Shown here in pieces: positions 14,271 to 27,672 of a stretch of 64,000 nucleotides of DNA (position 1 is its first letter; the number at the start of each line of letters is the position of its first letter). Both the position numbers and the translations under genes were made by a program. Under the pieces are notes generated by a model. The model was not told the origin of the DNA. It worked only from the letters and a program-made list of their open reading frames with translations, and searched no databases. This DNA comes from Amphiscolops sp. MND2022 (taxonomy: Eukaryota). The DNA is taken from the NCBI GenBank assembly GCA_964187785.1, contig OZ076409.1, forward strand, positions 44,952,001-45,016,000, given 5' to 3'.

Positions 14271-14893
14271 TTTTTAGTCGGCGCTTTTCTTGAGAAAAGA
14301 GTCAACCGTAGTCATGGCTTTTCGTCAGTGTTTTTAGTCGGCGCTTCATGAAGTGAAACGCGACTAATATAGTGTTTTTTTCAATCCACGCGAACTGACC
14401 AAAATAGTTCTACAAAGATCTACCGAATTTTATGGTGTTATATTGAACCATTTGGCCTAGCGAACTGAACCAAAAAGGTTTCTCCTTTTTCCGCCTAATA
14501 TACCGGGTGAGACTAAAGGGTCGTGAGACTAAAGGGTCCCCCTTTCAGTTTTTTGGCATTAGACTTTTAAAAAAACAAAAATTTCCCAGATGGTCTCCCT
14601 TCAATTTTTTGACGTTTTGCAACAATCGATGTTAAAAAATCCGAAAGGTTCCCCGTTTTTTTTAGAATTGAGAGACTTTCTTCGAAAAAAAATTCCCCAA
14701 AGCGTCCCCCTTCAATTTTTTATATTTGCGACAGAATGGAGAATGGATGAAAAATCTCAAATCGGCCCCCTGGTGTGGCAATTCGGTTCAACTTTTGGTT
14801 TTTCGGGTACTGTAAAAGAATACTTGTCACTAAGTCCTTTTGCTATTTTTGAGCCTTAGATATAGGCGCCGACTAATGCCGTTCCCGGCTTGT
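14271..14893 (+). mobile_element. Helentron/DINE-1-like element, family 1
   Basis: Double 5' end; ends GCGCCGACTAATGCCGTTCCCGGCTTGT. Confidence 0.72.
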
Positions 14894-15743
14894 ACCTGGA
14901 CTTTGAAATTCTTCGTGACTTTTTGTGCATATGAACATGAAAATGTGGTTATCACTTAGTTCAACAACAAAACAATTCGGTACTTAGCGTATTCTTAAAC
15001 CAGCTGTTTCCTTTAAAAATGGAATAAGATGAATCCAGAAATGTCAAAACTTTCATTCCTTCGAACTTCTATGTTTTCATAATGCATTGGCTACTTTCGA
15101 GCCCCAAAATTATGTCGTAGAAGTTTTGGGCGGAAAATATCCCGCTGTTCAGTGTGCGTCTTGTATTCGATTTTTCAATCTGAAGATACTGATTTTTCGA
15201 ATGACACCAATTTAAAAAAATCAAATCGAATTCATCACTTGAGTGAACTTGAATATCAAAATCTCCTGATATGGCTTCATTTCAGAGGAACTGAGTGAAA
15301 AATTTTGGAAAATTGTCAAAATACTTTATGCTTTTTTTCGATCAAATATTTCTCAAAATAAGACACAATCTAGAATCAAAAAGTTGATCGATTGGGTAGA
15401 TCCACTGCCAGACAATCTAATTGAAAATACTCTGGAAAAATGTTAAAATTCGCCCCTTTTTTGGACCATCATTTCTCAACAATAAAAGCAAAACGCAAAA
15501 GTCGGATCCACTGAATAGGTTTTAAGCATAATAGTTTTCGAAAAATCTACGTCAAAAGCAACAAAATTTTAAAAATGAGAAGAACGGTTATCTAGCAAAA
15601 TTTTGACATTTTGAAGTTGAAAAAAAACTGAACAATATCTAAAACTCCCTGGGAATTTTTTCCGACGGTCGTAATTAAACAATCAACCGTGTTGCCAACA
15701 GAACAAAGATAACTCAAAATAGCTATTCAAAACCTTCAATTCA

Positions 15744-16113
15744 GGGGGAGCATGGTGTAGTGGTTAGAGCATTCGTCCTGTACTGGGGCGGTATCAGGTT
15801 CGAATCTCTCTCAACTCACCATTGTTGGGCCTTAAGCAATTCCTTCATCCCTAGCTTAGTGGTATGGTCAATGGCAAGAAAACGCATTTGGCGGAGAAAA
15901 GCAAAAATAAAGAGCAACGTTGAGCAGTCAAACGTTTGTGACCTTGAGTAAGTCACTTTGAAACCACAGCTTCAAGTCCACCATTACTTCACTTGGCTGC
16001 AAATATGGTACCATAGCTTGCTGTGGGGGGATAGTATCCGAAAGGGCGCCGACTTAGAAAAGCAGAACTGCTTATTCGGCATCTACCCGCGGAATTGGGG
16101 AAATTGACTTTCT
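15744..16113 (+). mobile_element. tRNA-derived SINE
   Basis: A box TGGTGTAGTGG, B box GGTTCGAATCT, body shared with 27314-27672, includes CORE-like TGTGACCTTGAGTAAGTCACTT. Confidence 0.75.
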
Positions 16114-16367
16114 TCGATAGTGAACACCGATTGCGACAGCAAAACCAAATTCCGGTATCTCGCTGAAAAGCGACTTTGCAACTAATAAGCGATGCAATAG
16201 CGATTAACTCGCGAGTGAATGCTTGGCATGGCAAACTTGTCTGGATTACATTTCCGTTGTACAAAATTCAGCGAAGAAGATCATGACTTTCAAAGTTCAA
16301 TATATAATTGTTCCAAAACATCCATTGAACTTGCAAGGTTCGTTGAAAATATGCAAGGTTGACTAAC

Positions 16368-16647
16368 CTGAAGCACAATCTCCACATACAGAGCAAACAC
16401 CCATGGGCAGTTGAGGAACCATGTTAGGGTCAGTTGTTGAATCCCCTCCATGGCTAGTATTACTGCAATGCTTGTTTTTTCTAGCTCTGGGTCCCGGTGA
16501 TGATGAAACAGTTGGAACTGACACACCTTCCTGTTGACTAGATGGGTTCATGCAATAGCGAGGGTAGGAGTGGTAAGATTCAGACGGGTTTCCTGTCATC
16601 AAATTGGAAGGTGGACCGCCTTCGGAGTGCATTGACTGATTGATCAT
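16368..16647 (-). CDS. ERR: Estrogen-related receptor, N-terminal A/B region and start of zinc finger 1
   Basis: ORF ends CSVCGDCASG with donor TCA G|gttagt, in phase with the 10622 exon; an acceptor at 16656/16655 suggests an upstream exon, so the true start is uncertain. Confidence 0.9.
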
Positions 16648-16859
16648 ATCTGACCCTGACAGGAATCAGCAAACATAAAGCGTCATTGATTTCCTTTGAA
16701 GCAATTGATGAGATTGTCGGCGATAATATCCCACTAGAAGAAAGACACGCAAGGGCATCACAGAAACGCTATCAAGTATCTGAAATGCGGAACCCACCAA
16801 AAAAACGGCGCCAGATCTAATAATCTCAATCTTCGTCTCACGGAAAAACAATTGGAACT

Positions 16860-17300
16860 AGGGCCGCATGTGCGGCCAAGTCGGAAACGGATTAAAATAT
16901 TGAAAAACAAATTACCTGTATTATTGTCATTTGGCCAATTCTGGCTATGTTTCCCAAATCGGATATACAATTCTGATGTCATTGCACACATAGGACCCTA
17001 ATATGGTGTAGAATGACTGTAAAAATTTTTGTTCGAATCGTATGGACAGTGTTTGAGAAAATCGAAAAAAGTACAAAAGTGGTCTTCGTTTTGTGATCAT
17101 TTTCGGACTAAATTTGGCTGTTTCTCAGATTCAAGTCATCCAATTTCGATGTCATTGCGCACGCAGAACCTTTGGGTGTCGAATGACTGTGCTAACTTTT
17201 ATAATCGTATGGACAGATTTTTATCGAAAGGTCAGAAGAAAAAAGGTACGATTGCATGAGTAATCGAATATTTTTCCGACTCCTAAACACATCGATGAAG
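16860..17300. repeat. Unclassified interspersed repeat, related copy at ~53680-54020
   Basis: Shared GCCGCATGTGC start, GGCTATGTTT and GGTGTAGAATGACTG motifs with an internal two-unit structure. Confidence 0.6.
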
Positions 17301-19449
17301 AAAGGGCATATTCTGATAACAAAAACCGTACTTCATAAAAACAACTCTTCGACTACATTCACATCATTGTCGACACGTCAAGGGTTTGCAACCAAAGATA
17401 TTTAGTCCGCGGCAGGCATCGAGACAACGACCGTCTGCTTGGGAAGCGCCAATCCCGACTACTGGCTGCGTGAGCAAACTGTTGAAAATTGGACACTTCG
17501 TATACAATCAATGGTCTGACGAAAAACTAGTCACTGTAATAAGCGAGCAGAGTTCTTACAAAATTTGTTATTCACTGCACCAGTTTACACCGCCTTTGGT
17601 TCTTCTCGGATTACGAGCTTTGTTACTTGAGCAAAAGAAAATGCATTTGCTAAGCTCATTTGTATTTGAATGCAGACGAAGCTATCCGTGTGCAGATAAT
17701 CACCGCTCTTCAAAAGCGTTGCCTCGTTGCTACAATTGAATAAACTATCCAAATACTTGGAGTAGCGCTACCTCACTGTTACAAGAAATGATAATAAAAA
17801 CTGGTTGATAGACACTGGAAACAAAACAAGAGCGGCGAAGTTTTGGAAAATTCCTGCTGAAAAATTAAAGTAAAAAGTCTGGAACGGCCCAAGTCGGCGT
17901 CCCGCTCTAACACTACAGTGCTATAATAATGCAAAGGGACACTATTTGAATTTTTCTATCGAGCATAGTTTGAAAAAACGAACGAAAACACAAGACTATG
18001 AAACCTATTTTTCGGTAACTCGAAACCTCAATAAACAAATTTTTAAAAATCGAAATTTCTTTATGGAAAGTCTCGTAGTGCAGAAAAATCCAAAAGGAGA
18101 CCCTTGAAGTTCACAAAGCGCTCTTTCCAAGACGAAAAAAAGTCACAATGCCGAAAAAGCCGTAAGCTTGTCCACAATTATTAGAGCTCTCATCAAATCC
18201 ACAGAACCAAAAAATAAATCAAAGAGATCACCCTCAAGACTCGGAAAACGATTTTCCTTTATAGAAAGCCTCAAAAAAACCAAAACGTGTCGACTACGAA
18301 TTCGGCTTTCTCTCAGGCGAAAGAAACGCTGATGCAGACGGGATATATCTTTTCTGAGACAGAACCTGTGACATTTTCACTTTTCTAACAAATAAAATTA
18401 CTTCAAAGCTTTTGAAACTAATATTTTGAGCATCAAAAGATTCTACCACAGCTTCATTCCTTGAGACAGTTCGTTTCCTTGATTTTTCCAGCAAAAAGCA
18501 ATATAAAATTAAAGAAAACGATCCAATTTATTTTTCTCCAAAATGCATTGGCTCGAACAAATGGAGGCTTGTCATTTACCTTGTTGAGTAGATCCAATCG
18601 GTTTTGAAAAAAGTGCAGTTTTAGACTCAGCGACTACTCAAACTACAAACAAGCTGGAAACAGCCCAAGTCGCGGCCATATCTATGGCTCAAAAACAGCA
18701 AAAGGACTTGAAAGTGTCAAGTATTCTTTTCTACAGTACCCGAAAAACCCAAAAATCGAACCAAATTAGCGCCCCCTTTGGGATTTTCTAACATCCCTTC
18801 TGTTGCAAAAATCAAATTAGTCAACCGAAAACCTTTCAAAATATAGGCCTCTGCGGGACATAGTATTATTTCTGCTTTTAGGCTTTCACGTTCAATAATA
18901 GAACATATCTTAATCATATACAGCGTACCAGTTTACACCGCCTTTAATTCTTCTCGGACTAAATATAACTACTAAGCGTAGACGAAGTTTCGCATTCGCA
19001 TTTGAATGCAGGTGAAGCTCTCGGCGAACGAATAATTAACACTCATTCGCTTCATCTCAATGAATTCGGCGTACCAATGCATAATTACCACTCGCTCGTT
19101 CCGTCGCACGAGAAACGAATTGTTGTCGGCAGCTTGAGAAATTTAAATCTCACGCTTATACTCACTGCCGAACAAAATATCTGAATGTTTCAATATGACG
19201 ACAAAAATTTTACTGAAAAAAAAGGTGAATTCTCGAGATTTTAATAATATTCCTGCTATCGTAGAAATTATGAAAACAAAAAAAAATGAAAAAAAACTTT
19301 CCGAAAAATGTATCCGGTAAGTCGCATAGTGCCGAAAACCCTAAAGAGGGGACCCTTTGGGGTTTTTTAAAATCCATTCTGTTGCGAACTGTCAAAAAAT
19401 TGAAGGGGGACTCTTTGGAGACTTCAAAACAAAATCTCACAGCGCCGAC

Positions 19450-19580
19450 ATTACATCTGAACTTTGAAAACGTTATATCCGAACTTTGAAACCGTTATAT
19501 TCGAACTTTCAAATGTTATATCCGAACTTTGGAAACGTTACATCCGAACTTTAACTTTGGAAACGTTTCATCCGAGCTCA
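19450..19580. repeat. ~21 bp minisatellite (AAACGTTATATCCGAACTTTG)
   Basis: 5-6 imperfect units. Confidence 0.8.
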
Positions 19581-20279
19581 AGTTTCTTCAAACAGCTCAA
19601 CTTATAAAGCTTATAAAATCTGTCACTTCGTCGGTCTTTGTATATAGTCTGCGTTTTCTACGAAAAGCGCTGACTAAAAACGTTGGAATCATTCAAGCAG
19701 GTTCATCCTATCCATCACATCAGTGTCCATCACATCCAGAAAATATTTTCGTGATAAAATCTCACTTGCAGTCTCGGGCAGATTCCTCGAAACAAATTTG
19801 TATTTTGGATTTTTCAAAAAAGAAAACTCTGTTTCACTTGAAAGCATCCAAATCTTGGACTATAGGCTTGTTTTCCAAAAAATGAACCTCTGCTGTTGAA
19901 TAACAGAATACTACTGGTAGGTGATGGTGATAATGACCTTGGGCATTCACTTCTTCGAATGTAGTCAAAGTTTTCAGCGAACGATTAATTCATTGGCTCG
20001 CCTGCCGTCAATAATAAGCTAACCAGCTTTTAATTATGTATATCTGCCATAAAAACTGCACATTTATTTTGATTACTGGAAAAGCGTATTGGCTTTCATT
20101 ATTTTCTCGGTATTGCAACTTCCGGAGCTTTGAGAAAAAGGCAGACTACAGAGGTGATTTCTTCCAAACCACTCGAATTGAGAGATTTCGTTGATTTTTT
20201 AAAAGTTGGTCATCTTCACTACTGCTTCCCTGCCATGTGGCGGGGCAAATATAGAAAGCAACTGGTTTCGCATTTGAAA

Positions 20280-20760
20280 ATAGGCCCTCCGGGCACATTA
20301 CTATTTCTGCTTTAATCTTTCATTAATAATAGAATCATATCTGGAATACCAATACACCCCTGTTTAATCATTATTTAGCGCACAATTAATCACTGTACAA
20401 GTTTACACCGCATTTAATTCTTCTCGGACTAAAGAAAATTTATATAACTACTAAGCGTAGACGAAGTTTCGCATTCGCATTTGAATGCAGGCGAAGCTTC
20501 CAACGAACAAATAATTAACACTCATTCGCTTCATCTCAATGACGTCAGCGTAAGAATGCATAATTACCACTCGCTCGTTCCATCGCACGAGAATTGAAAT
20601 GTCGCCGGCAGCTTGAGGAATTTAATTCTCACGCTTATAGCCACTGCCGAACAAGTATCTGAATTATTCAATTATTCAGTACCGTGCGAAGAATTGTACT
20701 GAAAAAAAAAGTAGATATCTTGAGATTTCAATAATATTCCTGCTATCGCAGAAATAATAA
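20280..20760. repeat. Unclassified ~480 bp interspersed repeat
   Basis: Core GTTTACACCGC...AAGCGTAGACGAAGTTTCGCATTCGCATTTGAATGCAGG; copies at ~18845-19270, ~58400-58935, partial at ~17580-17740 and ~47820-47990. Confidence 0.8.
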
Positions 20761-23700
20761 AAATCATTTGCAAAACTATACGAGACGATATCATTCTATT
20801 GACTCGCTAATATGAATGCGCTAATCTCGGCTTTTGAATAGGCGGTTTAGGTTAATCTTCGCGTTTTCGAAGCAACCGCATGCCGAGAAAACTTTTTCGA
20901 CAATGGCAGTATGAGCAGTCTTAAATTCTTTGAGGTAATTATATTGGCTATAGGTAATGGATATACTTCGAATGGCGCTAAACGGTCGCTAAGTTTGCTT
21001 TGACACCCCTAACGCTATTAACGGGTCCCCCATCGTTCTTTTGGCGCTGTCTGATTTTTTCCATGAGTTTAATAAATCACCAATGGCCTCTTTTTTCAGT
21101 GGGCGCCTTTTGACTATTTTCACAAAAACAAGATTCGAGAAGCTTGAGCATCCCAACGAACGCATTCATGGAACAATAAATCAGTTTGGGTGATGGAATG
21201 AGCCCTTCCACTTAACGGTCAACTTTATGACAGCGATTTCCACACATATCACGTAATAATTGAACGGAATTTTTCGATGTTCAATGATAGAATGAGCTGT
21301 CTTAGAAGACATTAGACATCAACGCGCTTAATTAATGAAGCGCACACTGAAATTGGTTTGAAAATCTCTTTGGAAGAACAGAAAAGCGCTGTTACAACAT
21401 TTATACAAAAAGACCAGTAGCTAGCTAAAAACAAATTTCGAACTCGATCACCTGAAATAGTTCTTCCATCTTGCCTAGATGAACTTTTCCGTTGTCACAA
21501 ATCAAGATCAAATCTGCATTGCAAGACGCGGTGCTAAAATCCTCCGCTTGCGCTAAGGGAAATGCTCTTATGAAATGTTATGTTAAACTCATCTGCACAT
21601 TCCTGTACAACTCGTTCAATTCGACGTGGGCAACGAAAGAACAAATTTTCAAAAGCTTACAATATTTTGAGCAAAATTATGCTTTTTGTGCACTTTCTAT
21701 CTGTCAGTTACACGATCAATCAATGTACTTTCTCCTTTAGGTGGCATTAGTCAATACATTTTAATGGAGCATTAGTCATTAAGTAATCAGGGCAAAATTA
21801 CAGCGTTGGTCCATGTTTGAAAAAGTCCACCACTATACATATTCATTTTGGTCATTAAATTTCAGGAGCACAACGCCGCGAAAAAAAAAACAGAAATATC
21901 AAATCACAGCTATGCCTCATGAAAGGATCACAAATTCATAAGTAGGGGGTGTGGATAAGTCGGCACAGACAAGCACTTGAATCTTTCAATTTCAATGGTC
22001 CGTCTTTGAACTTCTAACGAGCGTGAAATACCGACGTGGGTGGAAAGTAGCTGCTAATTGATGTCAAAATGAGAAAATTGCTAAGACACCGAAGCAAAGT
22101 CATTGTTCACTTTAAACTGGAAAAAATAACAAGAGAGCTAATGAAGTGTGTCAAATAAAATGTCTATAAAATGACCAATTGAACAGTTGCTGCCAATTCA
22201 ACCTATACAGTTACTAGTGCTTACACGGTGAGAAGGGAAAACGTTAATCGGAACCGTAAAATGTAGTCTAGATGCTACAGAATCCTTGAATTGCAACAGA
22301 CGTTGAACAAGCATCAACAGAATGGTCAACGAGACTCAACGACCAATTGAACAAGAATCCTTTAATGCAAAATCTGTAGTGAAGATTTATTCGAACACAG
22401 AAGAAAACGCAAAGAAGCAGACAAAAAAGACCTCTTTCAGAAACTCCAAAACAAAACATAAGCGAACTTGTCTGGAATAAAGTTTGACCGAATAAAAAGG
22501 ATTATCGTGAGCAAGTACAGACAAAAGAGCAAGTTTTATACAGACAAAAGCACATCGCCAATGTTCGTGTTGATAGGGGTGCTTTTGTCTGATAACCATT
22601 ATGAGGCTGAATGGCTTGGAAAAGTACTGACGAAAAAAATTATCGAAACAAAACTCAGAATCGCGAAAACGGGGGCAAGGATGAAAACCTGCTGAGATAG
22701 CAAACAGCTATGATTATTTATTCAATATTTTTGGTAGATTCGAAATACTTTACTAAAAACGGTACGGATTTTTGACGAAACTCGCGAAACTCGATAGAAA
22801 ACATTACTTAACCCAAAAAAAGGAACATGTGAAAAAAATTGCCCTAGCGAAGTTATTAATGTGAAAGTTATTGAAAAACGGTGAAAAAGAGCTTGATTAA
22901 TAACAATCTTCCAAACATCATGGTGCATTACGTGACCATCTTGACCTGGGTTACAAACTAAGCCCACCTGAAACATTTAATCATGTCATTGACATTTTCA
23001 ACAGCAAATCTGTGGAACTTTCTATTATGCAACTAATTTTTGGAACTTTCTCTTATGTAACTAAGTTTGTTTTACACCTTTATTTGATTGAATTGTTGCC
23101 TATGAATTTGTTTCTGAGTTATTCACTTGATCAAGTCCACCCATCAACATCGGGTGCAAAACATCAGATCAGATTATAATTCAGTCTTTGAGATAATTCT
23201 TTGCCTTACGCCGCTCGGGTCATGAGTTATGACACATCTAAAACTAAAAATTTTCATTAAAAGTCAGGAACCAAAATTGAATGATAGTGTTTGAATTGGA
23301 TGTGATTCATCTTATGCGACCAAAAAGGAATTTTAACAAACTATCAACCGCCCAAGCAATCCTGATAAAATTATACGCCAGTGTTGTTCTACGTACGTAG
23401 CAAGAAAAGAAATTGGACAGATTTAGTTTTGGAATAAGTTTTCAGTTTTTGTAATAAATTGATCATTCTGAATATCTACAATAAGCGTCATTCCAAAAAG
23501 ACTTACTTTCTGAGACTAATCAACCAAAAAAGTTATGCTGAAAAACATGAAGACACCGAATTGCAACATCTTCGGTTGCTTCAGGAAAGTCCTCAACCCC
23601 GAACCCTAAAAAACGATTGTAGCTCGAGCTACAATCGTTTTTTAGGGTTGATCAGATCATTGCCTGTACTTAAGCACAAAATTTTTACCGAAGCAGCCAA

Positions 23701-25676
23701 AAACCAGCACGTTCACCAATATCGCTACTTCTAAAAAACAAAGAAGTCCAAACGAAATTAACTGGCAACTTTCAAACCAACTTCGGTATCTTTTGATCAG
23801 TAAATTTCTCGCAATTAATTTGTTGATATAACTTTAAAATGTTAAATGCCGAAACTTCAAAAGTTGATTGAGTTTTCGACGTCTTTTTGGAAAAACGAAA
23901 AGTGAAAAGAAAAAAGAACGCCGATGGTTACATATTAATTTGCGAGTGTTTCGCCTGATCAACCAAACTGAATAACTAAGTTGAGCATATTCCAATTTAG
24001 TGAGAAACTACCGACTCAGGAAGCTTTGAAGGTATGAAATATTGATGTGCGCTACACCGAAACTACTACTTTAATGTGCGGCACGGCACCACAAAAAGTA
24101 TATGCGGGAAAAGCTTGTAATAATTTAATCGTATTTTCAGATTATAATTATTCAGAAGACCCTCTAGCTTGAGCTCTAGACAGATTTGGTGATTTTTTTC
24201 ATTTCAATTCTCTCGCTTAGGAAACATGACAACGCAGCTCACGGAAGAGGCAATAAAAAGCGTGTAAGATGCATATGTTTATATTTAGGGGGGATGTTAC
24301 AGTGTGTTGTCAGCACTTCAAAGTGTGGTCGGCGCCTGTTGCTTCTAGTGTGACAACAGCAACAACTTGTATATATACAGTAAAAGAAAAAAGAAAGCAA
24401 CAACAGTATGGAAGCAACACAACAAGCATAGGCAAATGAAGGAATGGAGCAGGAGCAATTAAGTGGCATATGTTTACCTGGTTCAAAACTCGATAGTACG
24501 GCGGTAATTAGGAAAGCAGTTGAGAGAGCGCGGAGACCGCTAATGACTATATTTGCATGAGACGATCAATGCCGCCATTTTGTGAAGCAAATTCAAAAAG
24601 TCTAATGAATTCACAGCTTGTCACAAAACGATGTTCTCTTCGCAGCAACGACGGGCGCTTCCATTCAATTCAACCAACAACAATAACATGAAACGAAAAA
24701 AGCATTACACAAAAGCTAACAGCGCCACAACCACACTTTATGAATACCTATTCTCAATTTGAAACAGGTTGCATTTGTAGCGTTTGTGCAAGAGAAGAGC
24801 AGCTCAATCTGCCATCGATGCACCAAAAAGTACCATTTTTATTCATTACACTTTTTTCTACAGTGAAATGTGACAGTACTCATCATATTGCTTGAAATGA
24901 TTCCAACTATGCTTTTCTTGCAAAAACGATATCGATGATGGTGGTTTTTCTACTCATGAACAAATTGAGGCGAGGGCGAGATTGATGTTCGCGCTCTTTG
25001 TAGAGACAACAAACAATGTCACTGAGGAAGGTCTAGTCAAAGCTTCTCGATATTTCAAGAGAATAATTCGAGCACACACGTGAAACCTTCCAATGCACGT
25101 GGGATGCATTTTTCGAGACGCTGAAAGGCCGAATTGCCATGCGACAGCCAAGCCAGCGTTTGAAATAATTTGGTTGATGGTGCTTCAAAAATTAGCTAGA
25201 CTGTACGATCATTTGGAATAACATAAAAGCGAAAATCGGACCCGTCGAGACTCCGTTATCTTTCTGTATTTGCAACAAACATCAATTCCACAGATTTTTT
25301 TTAAAAATCAAATCATGAAAAAATCCCAGCTGTGAATCTTTCAATTCCGACTAGAGTTCACAAAACAATTTCAACGTTTGAATTTTGCACAAGAAGCGCA
25401 AACGTGCTACGATTCACTGAAAGTATCCAAATTTTGGACAAACCTTTTTTTACGCGGATAAAAGAAAATATTAATGGTGAATGGTAGTGACCTCTCACAT
25501 TCTTACTGTAAAACATTAGAAGCTCTGAGCGAACTATCAATTCGTAAACGCTCACTCGTGTAGCAGTCGAAACGTTCAGGCAACTGAACACAGTACGCAT
25601 CAACTACTTGGCCTTAGTAGTTTTATTAGTTTCTGTAAAATGTGGACCTTCCAGTGTGAGGTCTGTGGTATGAAAA

Positions 25677-26762
25677 ACAAGCCGGGAACGGCCCAATTCG
25701 GCGCCATATCGAAGGCTCAAAAATAGCAAAAGGACTTCAAAGTGTCAAGTATTCTCTTCTACAGTACTCGCAAGAGGAAAAAATTAAAAAATTCGAATTT
25801 TTTTTCAATTTTTTTTGGTCCCCGGGAAGTCACATAGTGCCGAAAAATGTAAAAGGGGACCTCAAAAAAGCCTAATTAACCTCTATCTCAAGTGCCAGTA
25901 GAAGTAGTGTGCCATTTAGTGTTAGTTCAAGTCAGCTTATAAAGCTTATAATCTGTCCCTTAAAATCTGTCACTTGGTTGGTCTTTAAAAAAACAAGCCG
26001 GGAACGGCCAAGTCGGCGCCATATCCAAGGCTCAAAAATAGCAAAAGGACTTCAAAGTGTCAAGTATTCTCTTCTACAGTACCCGCACGAGGAAAACATT
26101 GAAATTCCGAATTTTTTTTCAAAATTTTTTGGTCTCCGGTAAGCCGCTTAGTCCCGAAAAATGTAGAAGGACCTCGAAAAAGCCTAATTAACCTCTATCT
26201 CAAATGTCAGTAGAAGTAGTGTGGCAGTTAGTGTTAGTGCAAGTCAGCTTATAAAATCTGTCACTTCGTTGATCTTAAAAAAGTCACTGCTATAGTCTGC
26301 GTTTTCTACGAAAAGCGCCGACTAAAAACAGTAGAACCAGATGAAACAAGCCGGGAACGGCGCAAGTCGACGTCTCGCTCAAGGTTCAAAAAGAGCGAAA
26401 TTTTTAAAATATTATTTACAAAGAGACATTATTGTAAATGGACATTTCGGAAAAAAAGTATCAGTGCCGAAAAAACTTTGAGCTCGCAAAACGCTTTTTA
26501 GAGCCTAAATCATTCATGAAAGTATTTGACCAAATAAATTTACGACGAAAAAGTCGCACAGTGCCGAAAAACGGTAGGTCTTTTCCACAATTATCGAGAA
26601 ATCTCTTATCAGTCCCATAGGAACAAAAAATAATCGAAAGAGACCACCATCAAAATGCGGAAGCAAGTTAGTTACAACTCATAGAAATCTGTCAGTTCGC
26701 TGGTCTTGAAAAAAAGCCACTACAATAAATGGCTGTTTCTAACGAAAAGCGCCGACTAAAAA
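25677..26762 (-). mobile_element. Cluster of tandem/nested family 1 Helentron-like elements
   Basis: Three ACAAGCCGGGAACGG termini (25677, ~25993, ~26346) and two GCGCCGACTAAAAA ends. Confidence 0.72.
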
Positions 26763-26987
26763 CGACCAAGTAGATAGATATCGAAAAAAGTTTCATAAAA
26801 GCATTGATAATATAACCATGATATAATTCACGCAAAACAGATCGGTGATAGCATTATTCAGATAGCATTAATTTTTACGAATAACTTCGAAAACTAATGA
26901 TATAAAAATTGAATTGCAAAATCAATAGAAAAAAATCAGGATAATCTGACATTAATAATTGATGAGTCAGATGTGATAATAGCATTC

Positions 26988-27178
26988 TTATCGACTCTTT
27001 TCAGCGATAATAAAGCCGCGATATCGATTTCCATCCGTATCAATCGTGTTCATAGATGCAACCATTTGCTCAACAGGGTACCAGGCACTTTGGAAATAGG
27101 TATCCAAGACTAGCATTTGGTCCGAATCCCTATGATATGCGGCAGCGACACTGAAGTGCCCCAAACCAACGTCAATGT
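26988..27178 (-). CDS. Phytochelatin synthase-like protein, copy 1, exon 3b (catalytic His and Asp, stop)
   Basis: IDVGLGHFSVAAAYHRDSDQMLVLDTYFQSAWYPVEQMVASMNTIDTDGNRYRGFIIAEKSR*; matches PCS GHFS..YH..SD..LILD...W...M.T.D....RGF; putative acceptor ctctag|AC. Confidence 0.87.
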
Positions 27179-27313
27179 CTAGAGTAGCCAGTGATGACAA
27201 GTAAAGTGAATACCAATAACGGAAGTTTAAATAGTCAATTATCTATTCCCTTCAATAAACCGGGACGTTACAATTTTTCAAAGTTACATGTTTTTTCTTT
27301 CATTCGTAGATCA

Positions 27314-27672
27314 GGGGAGCATGATGTCTTGGTTCGAGTATTTGATTTAAACTGAGGCGGTTGGAATCTCTCTGTCAACTCACCGTTGTTGGACATTCAA
27401 CGAAATCTTCATCCCCAGCTAACTGGTATAGCCATGACAAAAAATGACAAAAAATGATGCGTAGGGCGGAGAAAAGCTAAGTTGAAAATGCAGCGGTGAG
27501 TAGTCAGCCTTTGTGACCTTGAAAAAGTCACTTTGAAACCACAGCTTCACAGGCTGCAAATAAGCTACTATAGCTTGCTATGGGGAGATAGCATCCGAAA
27601 GGGTGCCGACTTAGAAAGCAAAAGTGCTTATTCGAGGTCGACCCCGCGGAATTGGGAAAATTACTTTCTTCT
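27314..27672 (+). mobile_element. tRNA-derived SINE, second and more decayed copy
   Basis: Colinear with 15744-16113. Confidence 0.72.

Noticed and set aside
19450..19580. Regular short repeats as a possible CRISPR-like array (also 52086-52175)
   Set aside because: No unique spacers, eukaryotic context and no cas genes; simple minisatellites
20880..23760. Short ORFs suggesting old retroelement debris or a plus-strand gene
   Set aside because: No convincing motifs or consistent exon chain
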